DNA from: the human T2T-CHM13v2.0 reference genome, Homo sapiens
NCBI RefSeq assembly: GCF_009914755.1
Contig: NC_060935.1
Strand: one strand, 5' to 3'
DNA: 64,000 nt
The notes beneath the pieces are model-generated. The model searched no databases, had not been told where the DNA came from, and saw nothing but the letters and a program-made list of their open reading frames with translations. Both the position numbers and the translations under genes were made by a program. The stretch's first letter is position 1; every line of letters starts with the position of its first letter. Positions 19,202-36,054 of the stretch are shown piece by piece.

Positions 19202-20319
19202 TATATATAAAAATTGTATTTATACATAGTTAAATGTAATATATGTGTAGGTGTTTATCAGCTATTTTATTAGGCTCATGAACATGTAGAATTTTTATAT
19301 CCTCTGTTGAACTGGCCATTTTATCATTATGAGATGAACTTCATATGGAACTATAAAAATAATCTAGAGCATCACAGGAGGAAAAAATAAACACAAGTGG
19401 AACAAATTGAAAACAAATAGCAGGATGAAATATTCGAGCCTAACAATTAAATGTAAATGGTCTCCACCACCCCAATTAAAAGGCAGAGATTTTAAGATTG
19501 GATTGAAAAAAATAGCAAGATCCAACTATATGCTGCCTACAGGAAACCCACTTCAAATTCAAAGACACACCTAAGTTCAAAGTAAAAAGAATAGAAAAAG
19601 ACATACCATGCTAACACTAGTTAAAGGAAAACCAAAGTAATATATTATTAACAGACTAAGTAGATTTCAGAATAAAGAATATTACCAGGGATAAAGAGGG
19701 TTTGCTCATAATGATAAAACAGGCCATTCATTAGAGGACATGACAATCCCCAATGTTCATGCATTTAATATAACATAGCATTGACATATAGGAAACAAAA
19801 ACTGATAGAAAAATAGACAAATACACAATTATAGTTAGTGATTTTAACATGCCTATTTCAATAACTGATAGAGCATATAGACAGAAAATCAATGAGAATA
19901 CAGAAAACTTTAACAACACTAGCATCCTGACATATTGGCATTTATAGAGCCCGCAGCACATTACACATTATTTTTAAGGATGTACAGAACATTTACCAAG
20001 ATAAGGTATATTCTAGGCCATAAAACAAGTCACAATACATTTAATTCAAATCCAAGTATGTTGTCTTTCCACAATAGAATTAAATTAGATATCAATAGCA
20101 AAAAGACACTAGGATAATTTCTAAATATTTGCAAACTAAATAACATACAAGTAAATAACTCATGAGTAAAAAAAGAGACGACAGAGGAAACTAGAAAATT
20201 ATTTTAAACTAAATGAAAATTCAACATACCAAATTTTGTGAGATGCAGCTAAAGTAGTAGATAAAGGGAAATTTATAGAACTAATACCTATGTTAGAAAA
20301 GATTAAATGATAAATAACA

Positions 20320-20985
20320 GAAATCATCTATTTTCAGCAGAAAGAGATTAAATACCGGGAGTTAGTGCTTATGAAAATCTTTGGAAGGGCTGAAGAAATG
20401 AATTTTAGGACGACACTACTAAACTTGCCAGTCAGAGAAGGGAGCTTCCTGCTTACCTTACCTTTTCAAGAAGCAGGAAAATTGGGAATCAAGAATCCAC
20501 CACTATAAATGATGACTCTAGAAATACACCATTTTATCCACCATCCACACCACAGAAAGCCACCATTATGCAATAGCAAATTCCATAATCAAATGATGCT
20601 TCCTAAATCCAAACAGCAAAACATATATGCTCCCCTAATTCTGCCTTTTAACAACAATAAAGCTAAGGATTGGATAGTAGGAATCCTGCCAACTCTAACC
20701 AAAGAACAAAAAATCAAAACCAAAACCAAAACAAGAAAAACAAAGCACTTACACACATACACACCCCAAACTTCAACACAACCAAGACTAGCTAGGAGAA
20801 TCAACAGAGATAACTAACAAAAGCATGGCCTCCACCTCAATTCTGCCTTCCAAATCTTACGTAGGAGCATGGGATTGGTGAATCCTAAATTACATCCTGA
20901 GTCATAACTGCAAAGGTATCTGAGACATGTTTTTAGTTTTCTAGACTCTGTTGTACAAGAAGGGTAAAATGGATAGCCCTTTCTT
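20320..20985 (-). mobile_element. Old ERVL-class LTR, family uncertain
   Basis: cagaaatcat...gagattaaataccgggagttag and gattggtgaatcctaaattac...ctgcaaagg...ctgagacatg motifs typical of antisense old LTRs. Confidence 0.45.
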
Positions 20986-20987
20986 AT

Positions 20988-21470
20988 CGTGGCAGCCAGC
21001 ATTTTAAAATATCCTTCCTGTATTTTTTCAGATCTCCTATATTTTAAGACTACTCTTCTAAGGTAGAAGTCAACTAACTTTGCAGTCATGTGATCTAGGT
21101 TCTATCAATCAGATCCTTGCTGTTAGGACTTGAATGAAGAAGTGAGCTATGTGAGGAGGTGGCCAGATATGGGGGAACAAGTAACTGGTAGGCATTTTAG
21201 TGGAAGGTGGATGTTTCAGCAGAGGTGGCACTGGTAGTATCTCTGGCATCTGGCTCCAGGCATTACAGGTGCCAAACAGCATTTGTAGAGATATTTTTGG
21301 TGGAGAAGCTCTTGAGTGTGGTTGCTACTCAGCTTCAGAATATGTCTCTCTGGCTTTTCTGGAAATGCTGTGTACTATCTACCATACTTTAACAAATTCC
21401 TAACATTCCTTTTTTAAATAAACTAGTCACGGTGGATCCTGTTTGCAAACACAAACCCTAACTGATACAA
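20988..21470 (+). mobile_element. LTR33-like ERVL LTR
   Basis: gtggcagccagc... gtcatgtgatctaggttctatcaatcagat ... aaaccctaactgataca end. Confidence 0.55.
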
Positions 21471-21729
21471 CAAATCCTCGGGTATGCATTTTAAGCAGGT
21501 TCCTTAGTGGAACTCTAGTTTCTTTCACAATAAAAAGAAAAAACAAAAGAAGAGAAAGATCCTCAGAAAACAAATGTACAGTAGGAGTTAGGTAATAAGG
21601 AGTTTTCGGATTACGTTTTGGATTCAGTAGATACTTAATGTAAATTTTCAGGCCATCTACATAAATTGGGCTTACAGTGAAATCATTCAGTGTAATGCCA
21701 CTGAAACTCTGTAAGATCCTCTACCATCA

Positions 21730-21990
21730 GAGAGATATGGGGTATAATTCTTTTGTCAGATGTATGCATCCTGGAAACATTTTCTTCTCATCTGTAGTTT
21801 GCTACAGTCTAGCAAATCTAGTTTGTAGATTTTCCAAATAGTATCTTTATTGGGTAGTAGTTTTAATTTTGATGAAGTCTAATTTATCAAATATTTCTTT
21901 TACAGTTATTGCTTTCTGAGTCTTGTTGATGAAACCTTTACCTACCACCTTTTGGTTACAAAGATATTCTTTCTGTTTTCTCTTAAAGAA
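21730..21990 (-). mobile_element. Old L1 fragment
   Basis: ttttaattttgatgaagtctaatttatc is antisense ORF2. Confidence 0.6.
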
Positions 21991-22009
21991 ATTTCATGTT
22001 GGAAGAAAA

Positions 22010-22250
22010 TAATAATAGGTACCATTTAGTAAGCACCAATCATATGCCAGATGTTTTATCTACATGATACTGAATGGCTACAGCAACGCTAGGAGGAATA
22101 TTAATATTCCCATTTTACAGATGAGGAAGCATTCTCGGTTAAGTTAAATAGCTTGCTAAGATCAGCAATCCACCACTATCCACCACATTAGCGATATTGG
22201 GCAGTCAAGATTTGAATTCAGATATGGCTAGCCAAAAAGTCTATGGTTTT
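22010..22250 (-). mobile_element. MIR
   Basis: cccattttacagatgaggaa...gatttgaattcag. Confidence 0.75.
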
Positions 22251-22884
22251 TCCGCTATATTACATTTTCTCTCTTCCCTTTCCCCATCAAGATGAAGACA
22301 AAGAGATGCAAAAAGTTTCTGGAGTCAGGAAAATTTCTAAAGAACACTTCAAGCCTGGAACTAAATGTAAACCTGAGTTAAATTTTCTGTTTTTGTTTTT
22401 TAGCTTGACTAGTATATATTTTTGTGTGAAGTGTTGAAAGAAAAAGTTCAGAGGTGCCACACCTCCCCAACAACCTCCACCTCCAAGAAGGACCTCTTGC
22501 AAAGTTTGTCGGGGGGACCTGAGACCAGGAGACAAAATGACTTTCAGAGAGCTCTCTTGACCCTGACATTGGATTTAGCTCTCTTCGTGTGGCCACAGGA
22601 ATGGGCACATAGGTAGGAATCACTGTCCGTCACCCCCTGGAGTGTCCAAGCTCCTCACACAAGCAGGCAGGTGATACATTTTTCTGCATCTTTGGATGCC
22701 TAGAACCTTACACAATACCTGGCACTGAATTGAAAGACTGAATGAACAAATGATGATTTAACTTTACAGGCGTATTTCTGAAGCTGCAAATGCAGAAAGG
22801 ACATGTGGCTTCTTTTAGGATCAATAGGTTATACTACTGAACCCATAACTTTTCAGCAGATTCCGTTGCTTCAGCAATAGGGAG

Positions 22885-23090
22885 GCTACATAGTACAGTG
22901 GTTAAGAACACATGCTTTCTCATCAAATAGATCCAAGGTCAAATTACTGGTTCTTCCACTTGCTGAGTGAACTTGTACAAGGTTACATAAGCTCTCTAAA
23001 TTGCTTAAGGATTAAATTAGAGAGTGCATACAAAGAACTTGAACAATGCCAGGCATAGAGTAAGTGTTCAATAAAGAGGTGCTATCATTA
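22885..23090 (+). mobile_element. MIR
   Basis: catagtacagtggttaagaac...gtaagtgttcaataaa. Confidence 0.7.
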
Positions 23091-24605
23091 CAGAAGCTAT
23101 TTCATAGTTCCTTGTTGTCTAAGCACAGGTTAAGTTCCTTTTGCCTGCCCCTTAATATTTGACATGCACTTATTAAAAAAAACCTTTCTAATAAATAAAC
23201 ATTTTTAATTTTGAGAGAGTTGTAGATTTACATGCAGTTGTAAGAAATAATACAAAGAAATTCTGTGTAGTCTTTACCCAGTTTTCCCTAATGGTAACAT
23301 TTTGCAAAATCACAATATCACAACCAGGATATTGACACTGATAGTCAGGATACAAAAAAATTTCCATCACAAGTATCCTTCATATATCCTTCAAGTATTC
23401 TTCTTTTACAGTCCCACCCACTTCCTTTCAGCCACCACCACCATCCTTAACCCCTGGCAATCACTTATTTGTTCTTTTCATTTCTATGATTTTGCCATTT
23501 TAAGGATGCTGTATAAATGGAATCATACAGTATATAAACTTTTGCAATTGGTGTTTTCTTTCAGCATATTTCTCCGGAGATTCGTCCAGCATGTTGCATG
23601 GATCAATAATTTGTTCTTTTTTATTGCATGATTATTACATGATATGAGTGTGCTACAGTTTGCTTATCCATTTACCTGTTGAAGGACATATAGATTTTAT
23701 AATTTGGGGTTATTACAAATAAAGCTGCTATAAACATTTGTTTGTGGTTTTTGTGTAAATATAAGTAAACATTTATTTGGAATAAATGCCCAGGAGTGCA
23801 ATTACTGGGTCATGCGGTCGGTGCATGTTTAGTCTTTTAAGAAACTGGCAAACTGTTTTTCAGAGTGACTATTCCATTTTACATTCTCAGTAGTAATGTA
23901 TGAATGATCCAGTTTCTCCACATTCTTGCTAGTATTTGGTGTTGTCATTATTTTTTATTTTAGCAGTCCTGGTAGGTATGTGGTAATATCACACTGTAAT
24001 TTTATTTCCCTAAGGTTAATTATGTTAAACATCCTTTCATGTGCTTGTTTGTCATCTACATAACTTCTTAAGTGAATTATCTCTTAGCTACGTTCTAATT
24101 GGCTTGTTAGCTTTTTTACTATCGAGTATCTAGATACTAGTCCTTTGTCAGATATGTGGTTTGCAATATTTTTTCACATTATGCTTTTCCATATTTTTAA
24201 CATGATCTTTTGTAGAGAAAAAGTTTTTAAATTTGATGAAGCCCAATCTATTTTATTCCTTTTATGGAACATGCTTTTGGTCTCAAGTCAAACTCTTTGC
24301 CTAGTTCTTTATCCCAAGATTTTTTCTTATATTTTTTTCTAAAGGTTTTATACTTTATGTTTTACATTTAAATTTGGATAAGGTGTAAGACCTAGGTCGA
24401 GGTTCATATTTTGGCCTATGGATTTCCAATTGCTCAGAACCATTTGTTGCTTGTTTTGAATTGCTTTTGCAAAAATTAGCTGAGCATATTTGTATGGGCT
24501 TATTTCTGGGTTCTCTATTCTTTCCCATTGATCTAAGTGCCTTTCCTTCTGCTAGTACCACAGTCTTGAGTTGTGTAGCTATATAGTAAGTCTTAAAATT
24601 GAGTA

Positions 24606-25154
24606 CAGATGCTCCTCAACTTATGATGGGACTGTATCACAACAGACCCATCATAAGTAGAAAATACTGTAAGCCAAAAGCACATTGAGCACATTTAATG
24701 TACTGATGTATTTAATGTACATAAGTACATTAAATGTGCTCAATGTGTTTTTATAATAATAATATAATAATGTAATTTTATAATAATAATAATAATAATG
24801 AAACATCACTTAATGTAGCCTACTTTAAATGTGCTCAGGATGCTTACACTAGCCTGAAGTTGGGCAAAATCATCTAACATAAAGCCTATTTTATAATAAC
24901 AAATAATAATAAGGCCTATTTTATAATAGAAAATTATTTATTATAATAATAAAGCCTATTTTATAACAAAATCATCTAACATAAAGCCAATTTTATAAAG
25001 CCTATTTTATAATAATAACTCACATAATTTATTGAATATCATACTGAAAGTGAAAAACAGAATGGTGTATGGGTACTCACCATTAACATACACAGCTGAA
25101 AACGACATTGTAAAGTTGAAAAATCATGAACCATTGTAAGCTGGGGTCCATCTG
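24606..25154. mobile_element. MER47A (Tigger5-family) MITE with internal rearrangements
   Basis: TIRs cagatgctcctcaacttatgatgg / ccattgtaagctggggtccatctg; TA TSD. Confidence 0.85.
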
Positions 25155-25560
25155 TAGGCTGGTTCCTTCCACTTCGTTCTTTTTCCAAGTTGTTTTAGTT
25201 ATCCTACTTCCTTTCCTTTCCATAGAAATTTTGGATAATCTTGTATTAATAAGTATCTACCAAGAAAACCAAAAGCTTGCTGGGATTTTGATAGGAATTG
25301 TGTTAAACCTGTATATCAGTTTAGGAAGAATTTACATCTTTACTACGTTGAATCCTCCAATACATGAACATGAAATGTCTCTCCATTTTTTTAGATTTTC
25401 TTTTATTTCATTCATCAGTGTTTAATGTTTAACATATGTTTTATTAGACTGACATCTAAATATTTCATTTCTTGGGGTGATTAAAATGTTACTGTAGTTT
25501 TAAATTTGGTGTCCATTTTTAGTGTCATCACTAGTATATAGAAATACAACTGATTTGTCG

Positions 25561-25835
25561 GGCCAAGTGTGGTGACTCATGCCTGTAATCCCAGCACTTT
25601 GGGAGGCCGAGGTGGGTAGATCGCTTGAATCCAAGAGTTCTAGACCAGCCTGGGCAGCACAGCAGAACCCCATCTCTACTAAAAATACAATAAAATTCGC
25701 CGGGCACGGTGGCATGGGCCTGTAGGCTCAGCTACTCAGAGGGCAGAGGCAGAAGGATTGCTTGAGCCAGGAGGTAAAGGCTGCAGTGAGCCGAGATCTC
25801 ACTACTGCACTCTAGCCTGCCCTGTCTCAAAAAAA

Positions 25836-25867
<32 letters not shown>

Positions 25868-25890
25868 AAAAAGAAAAAGAAAAAGAAAGA
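25561..25890 (+). mobile_element. AluJ with (TAAA)n tail
   Basis: Alu dimer with ggattgcttgagcc...ggctgcagtgag. Confidence 0.9.
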
Positions 25891-26390
25891 AATGCAATTG
25901 ATTTTTATATGCTTATCTTGTATTCTCTGGCCTTACTGAACATAGGAATGTTTTTTTGGATGCTTTGTGATTGTCTATGTAGAAAATTGTGTAATCTGCA
26001 AAAAGGGACAGTTTTATTTCTTCCTTTCTGATATTTATTCCTGTTTTTTTTTCTTGCCTTATTGCCTGGCTAGAATATCCAGCACTATGTTGAATAGCAG
26101 TGATAAGGGCAAATATCCTTGCCTTGTTTTCAATCTTAGAAAGTATTTAGTTTTTTATCACTAAGTAAAATGTTAGTTGTAGGGTTTTTGTAGATGCTCT
26201 TTATCGGGTTGAGGAAGTTCCTATTTGTGTTTTTCTGAGATGTTTTGTCACAAATGGTCAAATACTTTTCTGCATATAATCATGTGTTTTTTCTTCTTTA
26301 TTAAAATGGTAGATAATATTGATTAATTTTCTAATATTGAACTAGCCTTGCACCCCTGGGGTAAATCCCACTTAGTTATGACGTATAATT

Positions 26391-30048
<3,658 letters not shown>

Positions 30049-30322
30049 TGAACATGTGGTATACTTCTCCAGTGAAACCATTTGGGCCTGAAGACTTTTT
30101 ATTGGAGGGAGTATTTTAATTAAAAATTCAGTATCCTTATTATTTATAGTGATATTCAAATGGTCTTTTCCATGTTGGGTGAATTTTGGTAGTTTATGTT
30201 TCATATGGAATTGGTCCATTTCATCTAAGTTGTAAAATTTATGTGTATAGAGTTATTTGTAGTATTCCTTTATTCCCTTTTTGATATCTGCAGGGTTGGA
30301 TAGCATTCTTGACATTGGTCAT

Positions 30323-30430
30323 TGGGATTACAGGCATGAGTCACCACACCCGGCCTGACAAATCAGTTGTATTTCTATGTACTAGTGATGACACTAAAAA
30401 TGGACACCAAAATTAAAACTACAATAACAT
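30323..30430. repeat. 108 bp inverted local duplicate of 25486-25593 (L1/Alu junction)
   Basis: Reverse-complement alignment by eye gives 6 mismatches and no gaps. Confidence 0.93.
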
Positions 30431-31574
30431 GGTCTTTTCTTCCTTTATTTTTGTTAGTCTTACTGGTGGTTTGTCAATTTTCTTAATCTTTTACAAGAAT
30501 CTTATTTGTTTTATTTATCTCTGTTGTTTTCCTGTTTTCAATTTCATTAATTTCTGTTATTTATTATTTCCTTCCTTCTTCCTGTTCTGAATTTATTTTG
30601 CTCTTCATCTTCCAGGTCCTTAAGGTGAGATCTTACAATGTTAATTTGAGAGGTTTCCTCTTTTCTCATGTATGTATTTAGTGCTATAAAATTTCCTCTC
30701 AGTACTGCTTTAGCTATGTCCCATGAATTCTGATACGTTATATTTTCATTTTCATGCACTTTATTACATATGTTTTTTATTTCCCTTGAAACTTTCTTTT
30801 TGACCTGTGGATTATTTCAAAATGGGTTGTTTAGTTTCCAAGTATTTGGAGACTTTTCTGTTATCTTTCTATTATTGACTTCCACTTTGATTTCAATGTA
30901 GTCAGAGAATACACTTTGTAGGATTTTCTTTTACTTTTTTGATGTTTGTCTTATGGCTCAGGATATGGTCTATTTTGGCAGGTATTCTGCTGTAGTTTGG
31001 TGGAATGTTGTACAATTGTTGATTAGATTCTGTCGATTGATGGTGATCTTGAATTCTTCAACATCCTTGTGGATTTTCTGTCTAGTTGTTCTACCAGTAG
31101 TTGAAAGATGGATGTCAATATCTCCACCTGAAATTGTGGGTGTGTCCATTTCTACTTTCAGTTCTATCACTTCTTTCACATATTTTGCAGCTCTGTAGTT
31201 TGGTGCTAGAATTGCTATGTCTCCCTGGATTGACCTTTTTTGTCATTATATAATTTCCCTCTCTGTCTGGTAATTATTTTGGCCCTGAAATCTACTTTAT
31301 CTGATATTAATATAGTCACTCCTGCCTACCTGCAGTTAATGTTTGCCTGATATATCTTCTTCCATCCTTTTTCTTTCAACTTGCCTGTATCATTATATTT
31401 GAAGTGAGTTTCTTGTAGACAGTATATAATTGGATCATAGTTTTAATCCAGTCTGCCAGTCTTTGTCTTTAAATTGGTGTATTTAAAAATTTTACATTTA
31501 ATGTATTTATTGATATGCTGGGGTATAACTTTGCATTTTCTTTTTCTTTTTCTTTTTTTGCATAGAGATCTTAT

Positions 31575-34500
31575 TCTTTTTTTTTACTTTAAGTTCTGGG
31601 ATACATGTACTGAATGTGCAGGTTTGTTATGTACGTATACGTGTTCCATGGTGGTTTGCTGCACCTATCAAACCATCTAGGTTTTAAGCCCTGCGTGCAT
31701 TAGGTATTTGTCCTAATGCTCTCCCTTCTGCTTTCCCACCATCCCCTGACAGGCCCCAGCGTGTGATGTTCCCTTCCCTGTGTCCATGTATTCTCACAGT
31801 TCAGCTCCCACTTATGAGTAAGAACATGTGGTGTTTGGTTTTCTGTTCCTGTGTTAGTTTGCTGAGGATGATGGTTTTCAGCTTCATCCATGTCCTTGCA
31901 AAGGACATGACCTCATTCTTTTTTATGGCTGCATAGTATTCCATGGTGTATATGTGCCAAGTTTTCTTTATCCAGTCTATCATTGATGGGCATTTTGTTG
32001 GTTCCAAGTCTTTGCTATTGTAAATAGTGCTGCAATAAACATACACATGTATCTTTATAGTAGAATGATTTATAATCCTTTGGGTATACACCCAGTAATG
32101 GGATATTACTGGGTCAAGTGATATTTCTGGTTCTAGATCCTTGAGGAATCGCCACACTGTCTTCCACAATGGTTGAACTAATTTACACTCCCACCAACAG
32201 TGTAAAAGTGTTCCTATTTCTCCACATCCTTGCCAGCATCTGTTGTTTCCAGACTTTTTAATGATTGCCATTCTAACTGGCATGAGATGGTATCTCATTG
32301 TGGTTTTGATTTGCATTTCTCTGATGACCAGTGATGATGAGCTCTTTTTCATGTGTTTATTGGCCGCATAAATGTCTTCTTTTGAGAAGTGTCTGTTCGT
32401 ATCCTTGGTCCACTTTTTGATGGAGGTGTTGGTTTTTTCTTGTAAATGTAGGTTCTTGTAGATTCTGGATATTAGACCTTTGTCAGATGGATAGATTGCA
32501 AAGATTTTCTCCCATTCTATAGGTTGCTGTTCACGCTGATGATAGTTTCTTCTGCTGAGGAGGAGCTCTTTAGTTTAATTAGATCCCATTTGCCAATTTT
32601 GGCTTTTGCTGCAATTGCTTTTGGTGTTTTAGTCATGAAATCTTCACCCATGCCTATGTCCTGAATGGTATTGCCTAGGTTTTCTTCTAGGGTTTTTATG
32701 GTTTTAGGTTTTACATTTAAGTCTTTAATCCATCTTGAATTAATTTTTGTATAAGGTGTAAGGTAGGGGTCCAGTTTCTGTTTTCTGCATACGGCTAGCC
32801 AGTTTTCCCAGCACCATTTATTAAATAGGGAATCCCTTCCCTATTGCTTGTCTTTGTCAGGTTTATCGAAGATCTGATGGTTGTAGATGTGTGGTGTTAT
32901 TTCTGAGGCCTCTGTTCTGTTCCATTGGTCTATATACCTGTTTTGATATCAGTACCATGGTATTTTGGTTACTGTAGCCTTGTAGTATAGTTTGAAGTCA
33001 GGTAGTATGATGCCTCCAGCTTTGTTCTTTTTGCTTAGGATTGTCTTGGCTATACAGGCTCTTTTCTGGTTCCATAGGAAATTTAAAGTAGTTTTTTCTA
33101 ATTCTGTGAAGCAAGTCAAGTGGTAGCTTGATGGGAATAGCACTGAATCTATAAATTACTTTGGGCAGTATGGCCATTTTCACATTATAGATTCTTCCTA
33201 TCCATGAGCAGGGAATATTTTTCCATTTGTTTGTGTCCTCCCTTATTTCCTTGAGCAGTGGTTTGTAGTTCTCCTTGAAGAGATCCTTCACGTCCATTGT
33301 ATGTAAGTTGTATTCCTATGTATTTTATTTTCTTTGTAGCAATTGTGAGTGGGAATTCATTCATGATTTGGCTGTCTGCTTGTCTATTATTGGTGTATAG
33401 AAATGCTCGTGATTTTTGCACACTGATTTTGTATCCTGAGGCTTTGCTGAAGTTGTTTATCAGCTTAAGGATTTTTTGGGGTAAAATGATGGGGTTTTCT
33501 AAATATACAATAATGTCATCTGCAAACAGACAATTTGACTTCCCCTCTTCCTATTTAACTGGAGTATTTGGCCCATTTACATTTAAGGTTAATATTGTTA
33601 TGTGTGAATTTGATTCCGTCATTATGATGCTAGCTGGTTATTTTGCACATTAGTTGATGCAGTTTCTTCATTATGTCATTGGTCTTTATATTTTGGTGTA
33701 TTTTTGCAGTGGCTGGTACCAGGTTTTCCTTTCCTTATTTAGTGCTTCCTTCAGGAGCTCTTATAAAGCAGGACTGGTGGTGACAAAATCCCTCAGCATT
33801 TGCTCTGTAAAGGATTTTATTTCTCCTTCACTTATGAAGCTTAGTTTGGCTGGATATGAAATTCTGGGTTTAAAATTCTTTTCTTTAAAAATGTTGAATA
33901 TTGGCCCTCACTCTCTTCTGGCTTGTAGGGTTTCTGCAGAGAGATCCACTGTTAGTCTGATGGGCTTCCATTTGTAGGTAACCTGACCATTGTCTTTCGT
34001 TGCCCTTAACATTTTTTCCTTTGTTTCAACCTCGGAGAATCTAATGATTATGTGTCTTGGGGTTGCTCTTCTCGAGGACCATATCAGTGGTGTTCTCTGT
34101 ATTTCCTAATTCAAATACTGGCTTGTCTTGCTAGGTTGGGGGAAGTTCTCCTGGATAATATCCTGAAGTGTGTTTTCCAGCTTGGTTCCATTCTCCCCTT
34201 CACTTTCAGGGACCCCAGCCAATCGTAGGCTTGGTCTTTTCACATAGTCCCATATTTCTTGAAGGCTTTGTTTGTTCCTTTACAGTCTTTTTTCTTTAAT
34301 CTTGTCTTCATGCCTTATTTCGGTAAGTTGATCTTCAATCTCTGATACCCTTTCTTCCACCTGGTGGATTCGGCTATTGATACTTGTGTATGCTTCATGA
34401 TGTTCTTGTGCTGTGTTTTTCAGCTCCATCAGGTCATTTATGTTCTTGTCTAAACTGGGTATTCTAGTTAGCAATTCCTGTAACCTTTTGTCAAGGTTCT

Positions 34501-36054
34501 TAGCTTCCTTGCATTGGGTTAGAACATGCTCCTTTAGCTCGCAGGAGTTTGTTATTACCCACCTTCCAAAGCCTACTTCTGTCAATTTGTCAAACTCATT
34601 CTCTGTCCTCCAGTTTTGTGCTCTTGCTGGAGAGTTGTTCCAATAATTTGGAAGAGAAGAGGTTTTTGGAATTTTCAGTATTTTTGTGCTGGTTTTTCCT
34701 CATCTTCATGGATTTATCTACCTTTCATCTTTGAGGTCGATGACCTTTGGATGGGGTTTCTATGTGGAGGTCCTTTTTGTTGATGTTGATATTATTGCTT
34801 TCTGTTTGTTAGTTTTTCTCCTAACAGTCAGGCCTCTCTTCTGCAGGTCTGATGCAGTTTGCTGGAGGCTCACTCCAGAACCTATTTGCCTGGGTATCAC
34901 CAGTAGAGGCAGCAGAACAGCAAAGATTGCTGCCTGCTCCTCCTCTGGAGGCTTCATACCAGAGGGGCACTGGTCTGATGCCAGCTGGAGCTCTCCTGTA
35001 TGAGCTGTCTGTCAACCCCTGTTGGGAGGTTTCTCTCAGTCAGGAGGCACGGGGGTGAGGGACCCACTTGAGGAGGCAGTCTGTCCCTTAGCAGAGCTCA
35101 AGCGCTCTGCTGGGAGAACCCTCCTTGTCAGGATCCACTGCTCTCTTCAGAGCTGGCAGGCAGGAATGTTTTAAGTCTGCTGAAGCTGCACCCACAGCCA
35201 CCCCTCCCTCCAGGTGTTCTGTCCCAGGGAGATGGGAGTTTTATCTATAAGCCCCTGACTAGGGCTGCTGCCTTTCTTTCAGAGATGCCCTGCCCAGTGA
35301 AGAGGAATTTAGAAAGGCAGTCTGGCCACAGCTGCTTTGCCATGCTGTGTTGGATTCCACCAAGTCCGAACTTCAGGACTCCATAGCACTGTGAGGGGAA
35401 AACCGCCTACTCAAGCCTCAGTAATAGCAGACGCCCCTCCCCTGACCAAGCTTGATCATTCCAGGTCGACTTCAGACTGCTGTGCTGGCAGTGAGAATTT
35501 CAAGCCAGTGATTCTTAGCTTGCTGGGCTCCATGGGAGTGGGACCGACTGAGCAAGACCACTTGGCTCCCTAGCTTTAGCCCCTTTTCCAGGGGAGTGAA
35601 TGGTTCTGTCTTGCTGGAGTTCTACACACCACTGTGGTAAAAAAAAAAAAAAAAAAAAAAACTCCTGCAGCTAGCTCAGTGTCTGCCCAAACAGCCGACC
35701 AGTTTTGGGCTTGAAATCCAGGACCCTGGTGGTGTAGGCACATGAGGGAATCCTCTGGTTTGTGGACTGCAAAAACTGTGAGAAAAGCATAGTATCTGGG
35801 CCAGATAGCACAGTCCCTCATGGCTTCCCTTGGCTGGGGGAGGGATGTCCCTGCCCTTTGCACTTCCCAGGTGAGGTGATGCTCCACCTTGCTTCTGCTT
35901 GCCCTCCATGTGTTGGACCCACGGCCTAACTAGTCCCAGTGAGATTAACTGGGTACCTCAGTTGGAAATGCAGAAATCATCCACCTCCTGTGTTGGTCTT
36001 GCTGAGAGCTGCAGACCGGAGCTGCTCCTGTTCAGCCATCTTACCAGATTCCCC
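31575..36054 (-). mobile_element. L1PA8-like LINE-1 with both ends and a ~2 kb internal ORF2 deletion
   Basis: 3' motif ttttaagccctgcgtgcattagg; 5' end ...ttcagccatctt; EN start joined to RT at about 33555. Confidence 0.92.

Noticed and set aside
22422-22620. Possible exon ending at ATAG|GTAGGA
   Set aside because: No convincing acceptor, homology or partner exons are visible
24865-25020. CRISPR-like repeat-spacer array
   Set aside because: Eukaryotic TE context, irregular low-complexity spacers and no cas genes
35639-35661. Poly-A run as a separate retro-insertion in the L1PA8 5'UTR
   Set aside because: No TSD or body; better explained by slippage of a native homopolymer
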